Positions 38,101-48,311 of a stretch of DNA of 64,000 bases are shown here, piece after piece (the stretch's first letter is position 1; every line of letters begins with the position of its first letter). The notes under the pieces were generated by a model. The model was given only the letters and a program-made list of their open reading frames with translations. It made no database searches and was not told where the DNA came from. Source of the DNA: Phoronis australis (Eukaryota > Animalia > Phoronida); NCBI GenBank assembly GCA_002633005.1, contig NMRA01000047.1:1017326-1081325 (forward strand), in the 5' to 3' direction. The position numbers and the translations under genes are program-made.

Positions 38101-41100
38101 GAAGTAATGTAAACGTCTTGAAAAGAAATGTAATTACCCACAATTTATAACAGAAAGCTCTTGACAGGAAGGTGCACAGACTGGCAAAACATCTAAAGCG
38201 ATTCAGTCTTTGTAATGTAAACAGAGATGAAGTAACTTGAGCCGATCAATTACGGTGCATGATTATGTTAATCAATTTTATGAGGCTTTTTTCAATCCAG
38301 ATGGTTGTGATTACATGCTAATTGCTTTTCTCAACCCCACTGTCTGTCTCACCCCCAGGGCTTGCAAGTGGCCGGCAAGGAAAAGGTGAGTCCATTTCAC
38401 TTGCTGGAGGGGCAGAAGAACCCACAGCCACTGTCATGGGCCTGGTTCAATGCCATACGACTGGAGAAGAGACCACTGAAGTATGAAGAACAACATCGGT
38501 GAGTTTGGATGAAGGGGAGGGAGTGTGGTGTTGTAGTGAGTGGTGAGTCTGGATGAAAGGGAGGGAGTTTGGTGGTGTAATGATGGCTGATGAGAGGTGT
38601 GACCAACAGGTGGCATGTGGACAGATTCATGGGCTTACTTTTTGTAACAAAGCTTTGAGTCTTGCAATGTATGTTTTGGGCTTTATTTTAAATAGAAAGT
38701 TTTGCAAAGTGTGTTTAGTGATGTCACTGATTCCATAATTTAACCAATGGCAGTGGTGCATAGTGACTGCCAGCCAGTCTGATTTTTCAAATACGCTTTT
38801 ATAAGAAAATAAGTTGTTCAATACACAACTGAGCTGTTTATGAATTAATGGACTCTTGCTCGAAGTCACAATATGTTCATCGGTACTCAAAGAGCAATAA
38901 TAGAATAGATGACCAGTCTCGAATTGTAGCCATCTTTTATGTATCATTGTAATATCTCTTGATTCGGAGGACTGACTAATTTTTTGAGAATTCGAGCATC
39001 ATAGCAATAAATAAACAGTACTGCCTTGTATTTTCCAAATTTTGGGTACAATAGGGTATGCTGGCAAATGACTGATTTTAAAAAACGAGTGGATTTTTTC
39101 TGAGTGTCTTGAGCACTTACAAGGGAGTATAGTAAAACAATATGTCTGACTTATCGTTGCAGCTTCTCTGCCACTTTCGACCTTCATTGTCATTCACTCA
39201 TCGCTAGTACTTTTGTCAGTTGCAGACTCTACTATTATTCACATGATATTGTTTTGAAGGTTGTTGCTGTACCATTCTCACTCCCTTAAGAAGCCCCTCG
39301 ACTACTTCTTGAAGCCACCTCCTCTGCCCCCGCTGGAGCCTCAGATTGAGAAGTCGGCCACCCTGGTGTGTTACTGTTATTCACGTGATTGTTATGAGGG
39401 ATTTATAAAAACGTTAATAGTTGTCGTGGTGAAATTCACTTATTAGTGTCCTGCATTTTGAGAATCTTTTTTCTTTGTTGCATGACGGGTATGAAACTGG
39501 TTCTCAAAATCCGAGATCCTTATGACTATTATCATTGTTAATGTTCAAGTTTGATCATGCAAGCATCAAAGTTTGAAGATGATGAAAATGAGGCTGATAT
39601 GAATTACAAATAAAGGCTGTTTCAGTATTTTCTGTAATTGTTGTGAGAGGTACAGTGGTGCTAAGATTTGTTTTGTGTACACTTTATGCATTTTATGTTC
39701 TGTTGCACGTCTTCAAACTAAGATGTTATGTGGAGTCACTATGTGATGCATAGCAATACTCAGCTGTTTGTTGACAGTTGTCATTATTATATTAAAAACC
39801 TTTCCCTTTATTTTACCAATTCAGAGCAGTTTCATCAATGGAGAAACATCACTAAATTAAGAACAATTTGAAACTTACAGTTGTGCATGTATTCATGTAT
39901 TCAGTTACTGGCAATACATAAAAGTGAGCTTAAATGCTGTTCAGCCGTGGCGGCCATTTTGTTGTTGCTCCGCCAGAAATTCATTTTGACAATTCTTGTG
40001 TTTGGTTGTTTTGATGACATTTGATCGGGTGTTGAAAGAGTGCTACTTGCTTTGTTTTCAAAGTTGCCTTACCTGGGATCTGCTAATGTGAGTTGAAATT
40101 GTGAGCTGGGATTTTGGCCAGGTCGCAAAGGACAACCTTGTTATTTTCATACTGTCGAGGGCTCTAGAGGGAGCTAAATGTAATGTTAAAGTGACTGAAT
40201 GTGAAACCCCACTTGTCTTAAAGCTTCTTGACTTTCGACTCTTTTGTTTAAGGAGAGCACAAAGAGTGTGGACCAGGAAGACAACGCAAAGGCGGCCCCA
40301 GTGGACAAGAAACCAGCCAAGAAGCCAGCAAGGAATAAGAGAATTAACAAGATGCCCAGTGCTCCAACTTATGGACATGTATGTAGTAATGGATGTTTTG
40401 TTTATACAGCTTTGGGGGTTTGTTTACTTAATCTTTTACAGTTTACAGAAGTGTTATATTCATTTAACTGTCTCTATAGGTATTTGTTAGTCATGCATTT
40501 TAACTCCGTGGGAAAGTTTTCATTTAATTAATGTTGCTAACTGGTCATCAACAGTCAATTTTCTACCTACTGAACGCACCGCTGTGAATATTGTACTCTT
40601 TTCTTGATCAGCAAACTTAGCTACGAAAAATTCTCTCTTGCGAAATATTCTCTCCCTTTGATATTTTCTTCCAAGCTTGAATTACCTTGCTCCTCCACCA
40701 ACCATTGCTCAGTTAGCTTGAAAAAGACTGCCGGTGAGAATGGTGAATCTGGCTTGGCAAAGAATTTGAAAAAGCTTATTGGCCAGTCACTCTTGTGTAA
40801 GCTTGAAAAATCTTGCATCTTGATAACCATTGGTGTGGAGGCATGAATAAGATTGCTGACCACCTGTAGTGAATTATGTCACCAAGCAAAACCTGTTTTC
40901 TTACTGATCAAAATGAATGTATTGTGTAGTCTGTTGTTTGTAACAACGTAGCTTGTGAGGTACTCTCACATGCACCCAGGGATATGTTGCTAGTGTGACC
41001 TTAGTGTAGAAAATTGAATGAGGTACGTAAGGCCCAAACTAGTGACTGATATTGTCCAAGTTTGTATATTTTTTTCCAAGCTTGAATAATATTTCAGCTT

Positions 41101-42745
41101 GAATAATATTGTTCAAGCTTGAACAAGCTTGAATAGTATTGCCCAAGCTTGAATAGTTTTATCCAACCTTGAATAATATTGTCCAGTCTTGAATAATATT
41201 TTCCAAGCTTGAATAACATTGCCCAAGCTTGAATGATATTGCCCAAGCTTGAATAATATTGGTTTTTTGAATTTAGCCTGGTATTTATTCATCTTCCACC
41301 TGTTATTGTTTATTGTATGGAGCTTTTCTTCAGCAACCACAGACTTGAGATCATTGTGCAAATAATACATTTAAACATATTCATTATTTTCTAACTCAAA
41401 GTAGCTATTAACGTGCTTTAAGTCGCCAGCCAAACTAATTTTTGATTTAAACCACTTTCTGCTTTGAAATTGACTTCAGCCTTTTCTTTCTTACAAATGA
41501 CAAGTGATTTCTGTTCTATGTAAACGCCAACAGTTTAGTACCTCTTGAGGTCATGCTCCGCTTCAGTAATGCTGTGTTTGACCTTTGACCCTCAATTGTT
41601 GTTCATTCAGAGTCCACTCAGTCGCGGTCACTTCAGTTATGGCCAGGAGCCAAGTATGTTCCAGCCTGGCCCTCATCCCAGCTGGGCAGCTGGTGGATTC
41701 AACCAGGCTCAGCAGGGTCCCTACTTTGGCCAACAACAGCTGGCACTAGGTGGGTATATTATAGAAATACGCTCACCTACAGACATCATGCTGTTAACTG
41801 TGGTGCTGAATTTAAACTCAAATCTTGATTTTGGTTGCATAAATGAAATAAGACCAATTTAAATGTTCTGTCTCATCTTATGGTAATGCATTTTGCTGTG
41901 ACTGTTCTTATTTTGAATAAAGTGTAGTAAATTGGAAACTGAAATATCTGTCTTGACCAGGTACACCACGATTTGGTAGTAGTCCATCAAAACAAGCTAT
42001 TCGCAATATGCTGACCACACGCCAGCCACCCAATCAGGCAGCTTACATGGCTGCCAATCAACAGCCAATGGATGTCATGAAGCAGCAGCGTCAACTGCTG
42101 CGCCACAAATTACAGGCTCAGCAACAGCAGAGGCAATTGCAGTCAGAGTATGGGCGGGCCCTGCCGCCGGGGAACACGCCCCTTCACCACATGAGCTCAC
42201 AAGGTAGGTGGAGCTTTGTGATATGAGCGACTGTTTCTCCAACTTAAGCTTTTTCATAAAATAAAAAAGTTCTATTTTTTGGTAGCCTATCGTGCAAAAG
42301 TGGAACATTTTGAAAACAATTCCGCAAAGAATAGGGCATGAAATGAACGGTTCATCGTAATCCAATGAGCCATTTCTGAGATTTGATGTTGCGGAGTTAA
42401 CCAAATTTGGACAGTTTTCTAGGGTCCCACGTAGCCTGTAGAGTTGTGCGACATATTAAGGCAGGAATGAAGATTTTCAGTCATCAAGAATTTAGAAAGT
42501 GGATTCTTCTAAGGGGTTGAAAATAGAAAGTTAAATTGATGATGGTAATACTGTCTGTCTGTATTATGCTCAACTGAAAAGTCACACTAGTTAACTAGGA
42601 GGTGATGTATTAAAAAAGAGTTATATCGTAACTAAAAATTTAGGCATATGGGCACAGTGCCAGGAGTGTAACTGTTGCCTGTCTTTCACCATAGTAGATG
42701 GAAGCCCTGTGAAGGGAACGTAGGGTCAGACATGGAGATGTTGCC

Positions 42746-42788
<43 letters not shown>

Positions 42789-44098
42789 CGTGTGTGTCAC
42801 AATTATTCCTTAGTGTCTCCGTTTCGTCCCTTTTCCAACTATGGTGGCACAACTCACGCTTGTCTGAAGCCTCAACCATCAGGTTAACGGATGATTTAAA
42901 TTTTTTATGACGTAGTGATGCGTAGTTTGTGAATTACGAACGGCACTGCTCTCTCCACTATTTGTTTTCATTGTGGTCCTCTTCATGATCATCATTACCA
43001 CCGTTTCCCCTCGGGTACCATTAAATTTCTGCGAGTGTTGCACTCTAGACTCATTCCATTACCGTGTATTCAAATCATAGTTACTTCCCCACAGCCCCAC
43101 CACAACTGTTTTCCAACTATGGTGGACCTGGTCAAACTGGCATGCAGCCTCAACAATCTGGGATGATGGAGCCTGGACCGGACATGATGTCACAGAACTT
43201 TGGCCAGCCTTACCAACCACAGCAAAGTCAGATGCCCCCTCCCATGAGGTCACAGTTCTCTGGCGGCGGGGGCTTCCCAGGCATGCCTCAGCGGTCATTC
43301 TCACAGCCTGCCCAAGGGTGAGTAAACTATATAGTGCGTGAATTGTAACAACAGGTTCCCTTCTGTAATTTTCTGTTCACTTAAAACTTGAATTTATTAA
43401 AAGTATTAACTAAATATAATAATTATTTCTTGACTGTAAAATACTAAAAATTATGTGAATGTAATGATGTTGGGTTTGAATCATTATAATATTTTATTAT
43501 TGCTAAGATCCTGTCGATGTTCTTACATATAGCTCTTTGTAGTGACAGACAATACTCCAGTTTTACGACCTAGTCATACTTCTATTATCAAAAGAATGAG
43601 AAAAAACGGGTGGAAAATTGCAAAATACAAAAGCTATGTAGACTAGCTTTATTTTATCTCATCAATTGATGTCTTTATTGAAAAATGGATAGTAGTAGTA
43701 CAGTCTATCCTGCCACCTGGTGTTGGAAGGTTGCCAATTCCTGTTTCAATTTCAGATATCCGCCTGCTGCTATGAACCGTGGCAACATGGTGTCTGGTGG
43801 TGGGGGGCCACCACAGGCAGGCATGGCCATGGGTAACATGGGGGGAGGCTACAACCAGATGGGTCCCATGCCGTCGCAGCCACCACAACAACAGGGCCAG
43901 GGGTTCCTGCAGAATGTCTCCCAGCAGCAGCAGCTGCGCCAACAACAGCTGTTGGCCATGAGGAACCAACGTAACTCGGCGCAGATGCAGCAGGCCAATC
44001 CTGCGTATGTGGCACAACTTAGGCAAATGTCGAACCAGCCGCCACCGGGTCAACCACCGCCACAGTATGGTGGCTACCAACAACCACCGCCGTACTGA
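14164..44098 (+). CDS. MED12: Mediator of RNA polymerase II transcription subunit 12 (kohtalo/MED12-MED12L family), complete, 40 coding exons, about 2082 aa
   Basis: Exons 14164-14271, 15329-15394, 16076-16222, 16491-16574, 16808-16973, 17345-17532, 17734-17844, 18312-18454, 18873-19140, 19727-19826, 20511-20644, 21506-21637, 22224-22341, 22814-23049, 23502-23769, 24211-24587, 25005-25180, 25752-25860, 28683-28813, 29386-29496, 29886-30030, 30465-30594, 31656-31859, 32013-32124, 32614-32764, 33361-33534, 33885-33955, 34350-34514, 34894-35023, 35952-36023, 36787-36896, 37382-37508, 37720-37884, 38359-38498, 39260-39365, 40253-40378, 41611-41749, 41961-42203, 43095-43317, 43756-44098. Total 6249 nt, all GT-AG and phase-consistent. 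Diagnostic motifs: [36 protein letters not shown] (LCEWAV domain), [65 protein letters not shown], and a Q/P/G-rich tail. Confidence 0.96.
15080..15152 (+). pseudogene. tRNA-like element (tRNA pseudogene or tRNA-derived SINE head), nominal anticodon GGC (Ala), in MED12 intron 1
   Basis: A-box tagctcagtggtcagagc, anticodon arm ctaga-ccggcaa-tctag, B-box ggttcgattccc. It has C33 instead of U33, a bulged T-stem and a weak acceptor stem. Confidence 0.65.
21033..21262 (+). mobile_element. Degenerate tRNA-derived SINE
   Basis: A-box gtggctcagtgg, central tttactccactggattcagctgta, and 3' part gtaacctgggatggactag...tacagatacgggagttagcaaccagcctgatg; resembles invertebrate SINE2 bodies from memory. 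Confidence 0.55.
26199..27837 (+). CDS. MED12: Second copy of MED12 exons 16-18 (26199-26575, 26993-27168, 27729-27837), probable alternate haplotype
   Basis: Same peptides as 24211-25860, with only synonymous differences by my reading. Block starts right after the N at 26169. The three exons total 662 nt, so tandem inclusion would frameshift. Confidence 0.8.
27811..28027 (+). repeat. 47-nt minisatellite spanning the MED12 exon 18 donor (shorter version at 25834-25957)
   Basis: Unit ctgtatacttcctgtagttacctaagg|gtaagtatgactgtgcgtaa at 27811, 27858 and 27905, truncated at 27952, variant at 27981. Confidence 0.92.
29012..29102. mobile_element. Left-end fragment of the CAGGGCTCGAC MITE family
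   Basis: gggctcaacataac..tttgcgacctgaaa..gtgagctgagattttggcc matches the TIR and subterminal motifs at 10740-10844. Confidence 0.5.
30025..30192 (+). repeat. 28-nt minisatellite, 6 copies, spanning the MED12 exon 21 donor
   Basis: Unit gttgat|gtgagtagtcactgcatgtgat at 30025, 30053, 30081, 30109, 30137 and 30165. Confidence 0.95.
32742..32870 (+). repeat. Diverged 51-nt tandem repeat spanning the MED12 exon 25 donor
   Basis: actcNgtactc recurs at 32742, 32793 and 32844, each followed by ag|gtaca. Confidence 0.8.
36065..36370. mobile_element. Palindromic (foldback/MITE-like) element with a perfect 24-bp central inverted repeat
   Basis: tgcccacattttgagaaccagttt (36160-36183) / aaactggttctcaaaatgtgggca (36210-36233); outer arms tcctaggtct/agacctagga and ggaataaa/tttattcc; related fragment at 39454-39511. 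Confidence 0.7.
39945..40147. mobile_element. Decayed right end of the CAGGGCTCGAC MITE family
   Basis: gtgagctgggattttggccaggtcgcaaaggacaaccttgttattttcatactgtcgagggctct aligns to 10781-10844. Confidence 0.55.
41077..41260. repeat. About 20-nt minisatellite (caagcttgaataatattgcc), roughly 9 degenerate copies
   Basis: Recurring cttgaataatatt motif. Confidence 0.88.
42753..42797. repeat. (TG)n microsatellite
   Basis: Direct observation. Confidence 0.95.
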
Positions 44099-45919
44099 TA
44101 TATGGGTATTGGTCTGAAACCAGTGAAAATATGGATTTGCACTTGGCAAAATGCTATTGGCATGAATGGGAGGGCCAATGAATGGAGTTGTCTGCTTTGA
44201 TTCAACTGCCTTAATATGGTCTCCATTTTAAGTTTCAGTTTTTACCTCTTGATCATGACTACAATGAGGCGTTTGTCTAGTGTTGTATACTGAATTAAGT
44301 TATTAAGAAGAATAAATTCATGGCAATGTGATTACATAAAAGTTATGAGCTGAGAACTGAGGTATACAGAAAGTTTCGTTAAAGCATGCATTAGAAATTA
44401 TAACATCTCAGTTAAGTACCAGACAGCGCAGACGGATAGCTATGTGCTGAGCAGTTTGCCCCAAGTGAACCATAGCTGAGCTGAGAGCCCACACCAAATT
44501 GTGAAATTACAATTGAATGAACAATCTTCTAACCTCAAATTCATTCAACTGAATGAAGTACCCTCTTACCTCTAATTTATTCAGTTGTTATCGCCCTGGA
44601 ATGAGCTTGCAGCCCAGCTATGATTCATTCGAGGCAGACATCTCGGCTCGTTGCACAGGCACAAAAAGCACGACTGGGACAATTCTTCGAGCGATTATCT
44701 TATCATCTTCAATTTTACTTTGCTGGTTTCTCATTGTGTTTAAGTGGCCAGCGATACATGGTGCTCATTAATACCACTTATTGAAACAGAGACACTATCT
44801 TGCTTTTCGTAGCCCAGTCCAAATTTTGCATGTCTGTTGTTTTATGTTAGACTACATAATTTTCATATGACTTACCTTTACCAATGTGGTGTTGAAGGCA
44901 GTGGTGGGACTGGGATTTGTTTTTCAGAATCCATTAATTGGAACCTTCATGATTTGAGGCTCGATTCTGAATCTGGCAGTTTTGAATGACTTCGCCGTGT
45001 TTTGGCGAGCAGTAAGGCTGTTAGCTATGTTAGGTGTGTACAACCGGATAATCATCGGATGATATTCTGGATCAAAACTTGGATGTTCCGTTTCCCTAGC
45101 AAACAACAGATGACGCTCTCCTACGCCATTAGGCAAGGCTTTACTTGTGGCTGAGGAGCCTTCACCCCATTCAGGTGACTTTTTAAAAATTTAGCAATAC
45201 CAGACAAATATTTGCATGCGACTGAAAAAACTTCGCCTCATTTATGTAATTTTTATCTTTTTAGAGAAATTACAGAATCGATTTCACTGTATTGGAATCA
45301 ATTCTCATTCAATGTTTTTCTTCAGTGTTGGTGACAAGTGGTCGAATCATTGCAATACTAGTTGAAAGTTCGTCGTTCGTCTTGGCAATAAAGCCTTGTG
45401 CTTAGGTTGAGAAAACAAACCCCCCGCTCCGCAGTCCTGCGTCGTTCTTCGTCAACGTACGACAAAATGCTTGTAGCTCATTTTACTTAAGTTCAAAAAC
45501 CCTGTCTTGCGTGGTTACTGCACTGTACTCTGCCACATGTCCACAGTAAATTCTTGAAGTATATGTGACTAACATCTCAGCCACTTGTTTTGTCAGTGTA
45601 TACTCCCACTGTATGCTTCAGTTTCACTAAAACAAGCTGCAATAGTCGGAGGGTTAGGAGTAAAGTGATGTGACGATGGTACTGTGGAGATTCTGTCGTG
45701 TTGTATAAAGAGCTAAATTGCCATTGCTTAGTGTGCAGAAGTCTCTGCCATTTGTTTAGATTTGAGTACTACCGGTAATTATTTGTCGTTTATCTCGCCA
45801 AGGCATGCCTTGGTCTAGTAGATGTTGCCCACTGTATTCATGTAATGTTCATAGAGGATGGATTACCTGCATGTTGTTGGTCTGGACATTCAGGATTTAA
45901 GGAATCTGATTATTGTGTA

Positions 45920-45925
45920 AATAAA
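45920..45925 (+). terminator. Likely MED12 polyadenylation signal (3' UTR about 1.8 kb)
   Basis: AATAAA, then ATTAAA (45950) and a GT-rich tract tgttgttgttt; other AATAAA at 44311 and 45387. Confidence 0.45.
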
Positions 45926-46609
45926 TTGTCATAAATTAATTATTTTAATATTAAAATGTTGTTGTTTCAAGTTGTACATTTTATTGTCATGCGACTCATT
46001 CACCACTTTTTTAATTTACATTAGGGCCATGTCAAACCAAAGTTGTTCTTAGAATGTTAATGAAATGCGCTGGTGGTGGATGGAAACGGTAAGCTGTGGC
46101 CAAAAGCAGTTATTGAATGCAACACCACACAGCTGGTACTCGTCTAGTGACTGTCACTGCCCATTTTAAAAAACCATGGTTTGGACAGCATGGCCAAGAG
46201 TGAAAAAAGTCAACCTCAGTGAAAACAATGGCTAAACGAATGATTTAACATTAAAATTCTGATTGATAAATTAATTGAAACCTACAATTTGTTGTTTTAG
46301 TTCGACAAATATTCAAATATAAATTTTGATCACAGACTACTATTGACTATTTTTACCATAAATGTCAAACTGATAATCAACAAATGCTGGAAGGCAGGTT
46401 TTTTTGGGTAAACACCTCCCTGTCCAGTGACGTCAGGATGACCTCGTATTGAATTCTCGCATATGGTGTCAATCTCGCAATTTGGAACCCCACATTGAAA
46501 AACAAGTTAAGTCTATGCACCGCAGGGTTCTTACTCAGATTGTAGCAAATGTTTTTTAAGTTTATTTGGCTCCGGCACAGTTTTAGCCCATTGTGTCAAA
46601 ATCATTGAG

Positions 46610-46864
46610 AACATAGTGAGAACTACCTGCATGTAATAGGGTCCCAACATGGTGAGAACTACCTGCATGTAATAGGGTCCCAACATGGTGAGAACTACCT
46701 GCATGTAATTGGGTCCCAACATGGTGAGAACTACCTGCATGTAATTGGGTCCCAACATGGTGAGAACTACCTGCATGTAATAGGGTCCCAACATGGTGAG
46801 AACTACCTGCGTGTAATAGGGTTCCAACATGGTGAGAACTACCTGCATGTAATAGGGTCCCAAC
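46610..46864. repeat. 36-nt minisatellite, 7 copies, between the MED12 and PFAS 3' ends
   Basis: Unit aacatggtgagaactacctgcatgtaatagggtccc; explains the 12-aa periodic ORFs. Confidence 0.95.
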
Positions 46865-47593
46865 ACAGACAGCTGTTGACATTATCACGCAAAATAATGT
46901 TCATCCACTGATGCTATGAAATGATTTGCCATTGAAGTGGTTACAAACTTAAGTTCCATCCATAAAACAAACTTTTGATTTAGACCACTCACTGCTATAA
47001 ATGTGGCCTCAACTTGTTCCTTACTTGGATGGGAAATGACTTATAGGTTTGCTCGAGACCGTGCTCAGTGCGTGAACGACAGGCCGTGGCAAATCAACTT
47101 GTAAAATCTGTTTTCAAGCAAAAACCAAATGCTCATTCTTTTGACCTCCAGAGGAAAAGTTTGACACCAATTTCATAAGAGTGAGTGGCCCAAATCAAGT
47201 TGTTTTTATTGAAAGAGATTGGTTACCGCTTTAACTATGCGAGAATGATTTCTCTCTCGAATGCTAACCAGCTGCTAAGAGGTTCCATTCATTAACATGT
47301 ACACATGGACAGCATCAACAAGTGGTTTTGTTCACATCCAGAGAGAGAACCAGTCAGACTATAACTGTTAGTATTTTAAACAAACTGTCCTTGTTCACTT
47401 AACCATCCATGAAGTTGAACAAGAAATGAAATCAGACTAGTTAGTGCTGGAAACTTGTGTTAGCTCTCATATTCAGAGTTTCATTTTGCAATTGATTTAC
47501 TGGGTGTCTTGAGTTAGCTTCACATGCAAAATAATGACACCGATATTCTTATTAAAATAGGTAATAACACAACAAATGAAAATGGTAACAATT

Positions 47594-47599
47594 TTTATT
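47594..47599 (-). terminator. Candidate PFAS polyadenylation signal
   Basis: AATAAA on the minus strand about 710 nt after the stop; alternatives at 47205-47210 and 45980-45985. Confidence 0.35.
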
Positions 47600-48311
47600 T
47601 AAAAAATGTTTCACTCATGCTATAAAAATAATGTGAAAAATTGTTTTTGTTAAGAGCAGACTTTTTAGGTAACATTAAAATGTAGATTGTTACCACACAC
47701 AAATAACTGACTGACAAATTGTCATTTTTCAAAAGTCAATAACCTCGCTGGAATTATTGGAAACTTTACCAAATCTGGCCAAAACATTGAGATCTGAACC
47801 CTCCTTAATACTTCCAATTTTTACATGTTTACTTTGTAGTAACCATATTGAGCCTCAGTCATTTGATAAGTACTTAAAGTAGTTACTTGCTTATTCAGGC
47901 GTGATGAGTATTTTCCAATTCATCATCAAATGATTCAACCATGACATCAAACACCGCATGTATGATCAGACATCAAACTGATATACAAAAATAAATTCAT
48001 TTGACAGTAACAGCTTCAAAATGTATGGACCGTTTATGATGTGCAGTTAGGTATTGAGTAATGCATTAACAAATCTTTAAATATGACGTACACTTTGTAA
48101 GTACACAGTCATTAATTAATTAGACAGTGCACATTTCACCCATGATTGCCAGTAATTTCACTACTCATCCAAGTTGCCACTTACTAATAAGTAAAAATAT
48201 AAATTCAAAGACATTAAGAGCACACTACAATCGACAGACAGTTCTACTCGGGTATCTAACTACATTAGATGGCTAGAAGATTCAAAAATGATTTTGGTAT
48301 TGGGCCACACT

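Noticed and set aside
14272-43755. Intronic box C/D snoRNAs
   Set aside because: The scattered TGATGA motifs I checked lacked a properly spaced CTGA with a terminal stem; an Infernal/snoscan run would be needed to exclude them fully.
43649-44149. Antisense ORFs over exons (166 aa here; also 23454-23873 and 16756-17142)
   Set aside because: Shadows of GC-richer coding exons with no independent protein features.
46531-46888. Repetitive ORFs (MLGPYYMQVVLT)n and (HHVGTLLHAGSS)n
   Set aside because: By-products of a 36-nt minisatellite that is open in more than one frame; no other coding evidence.
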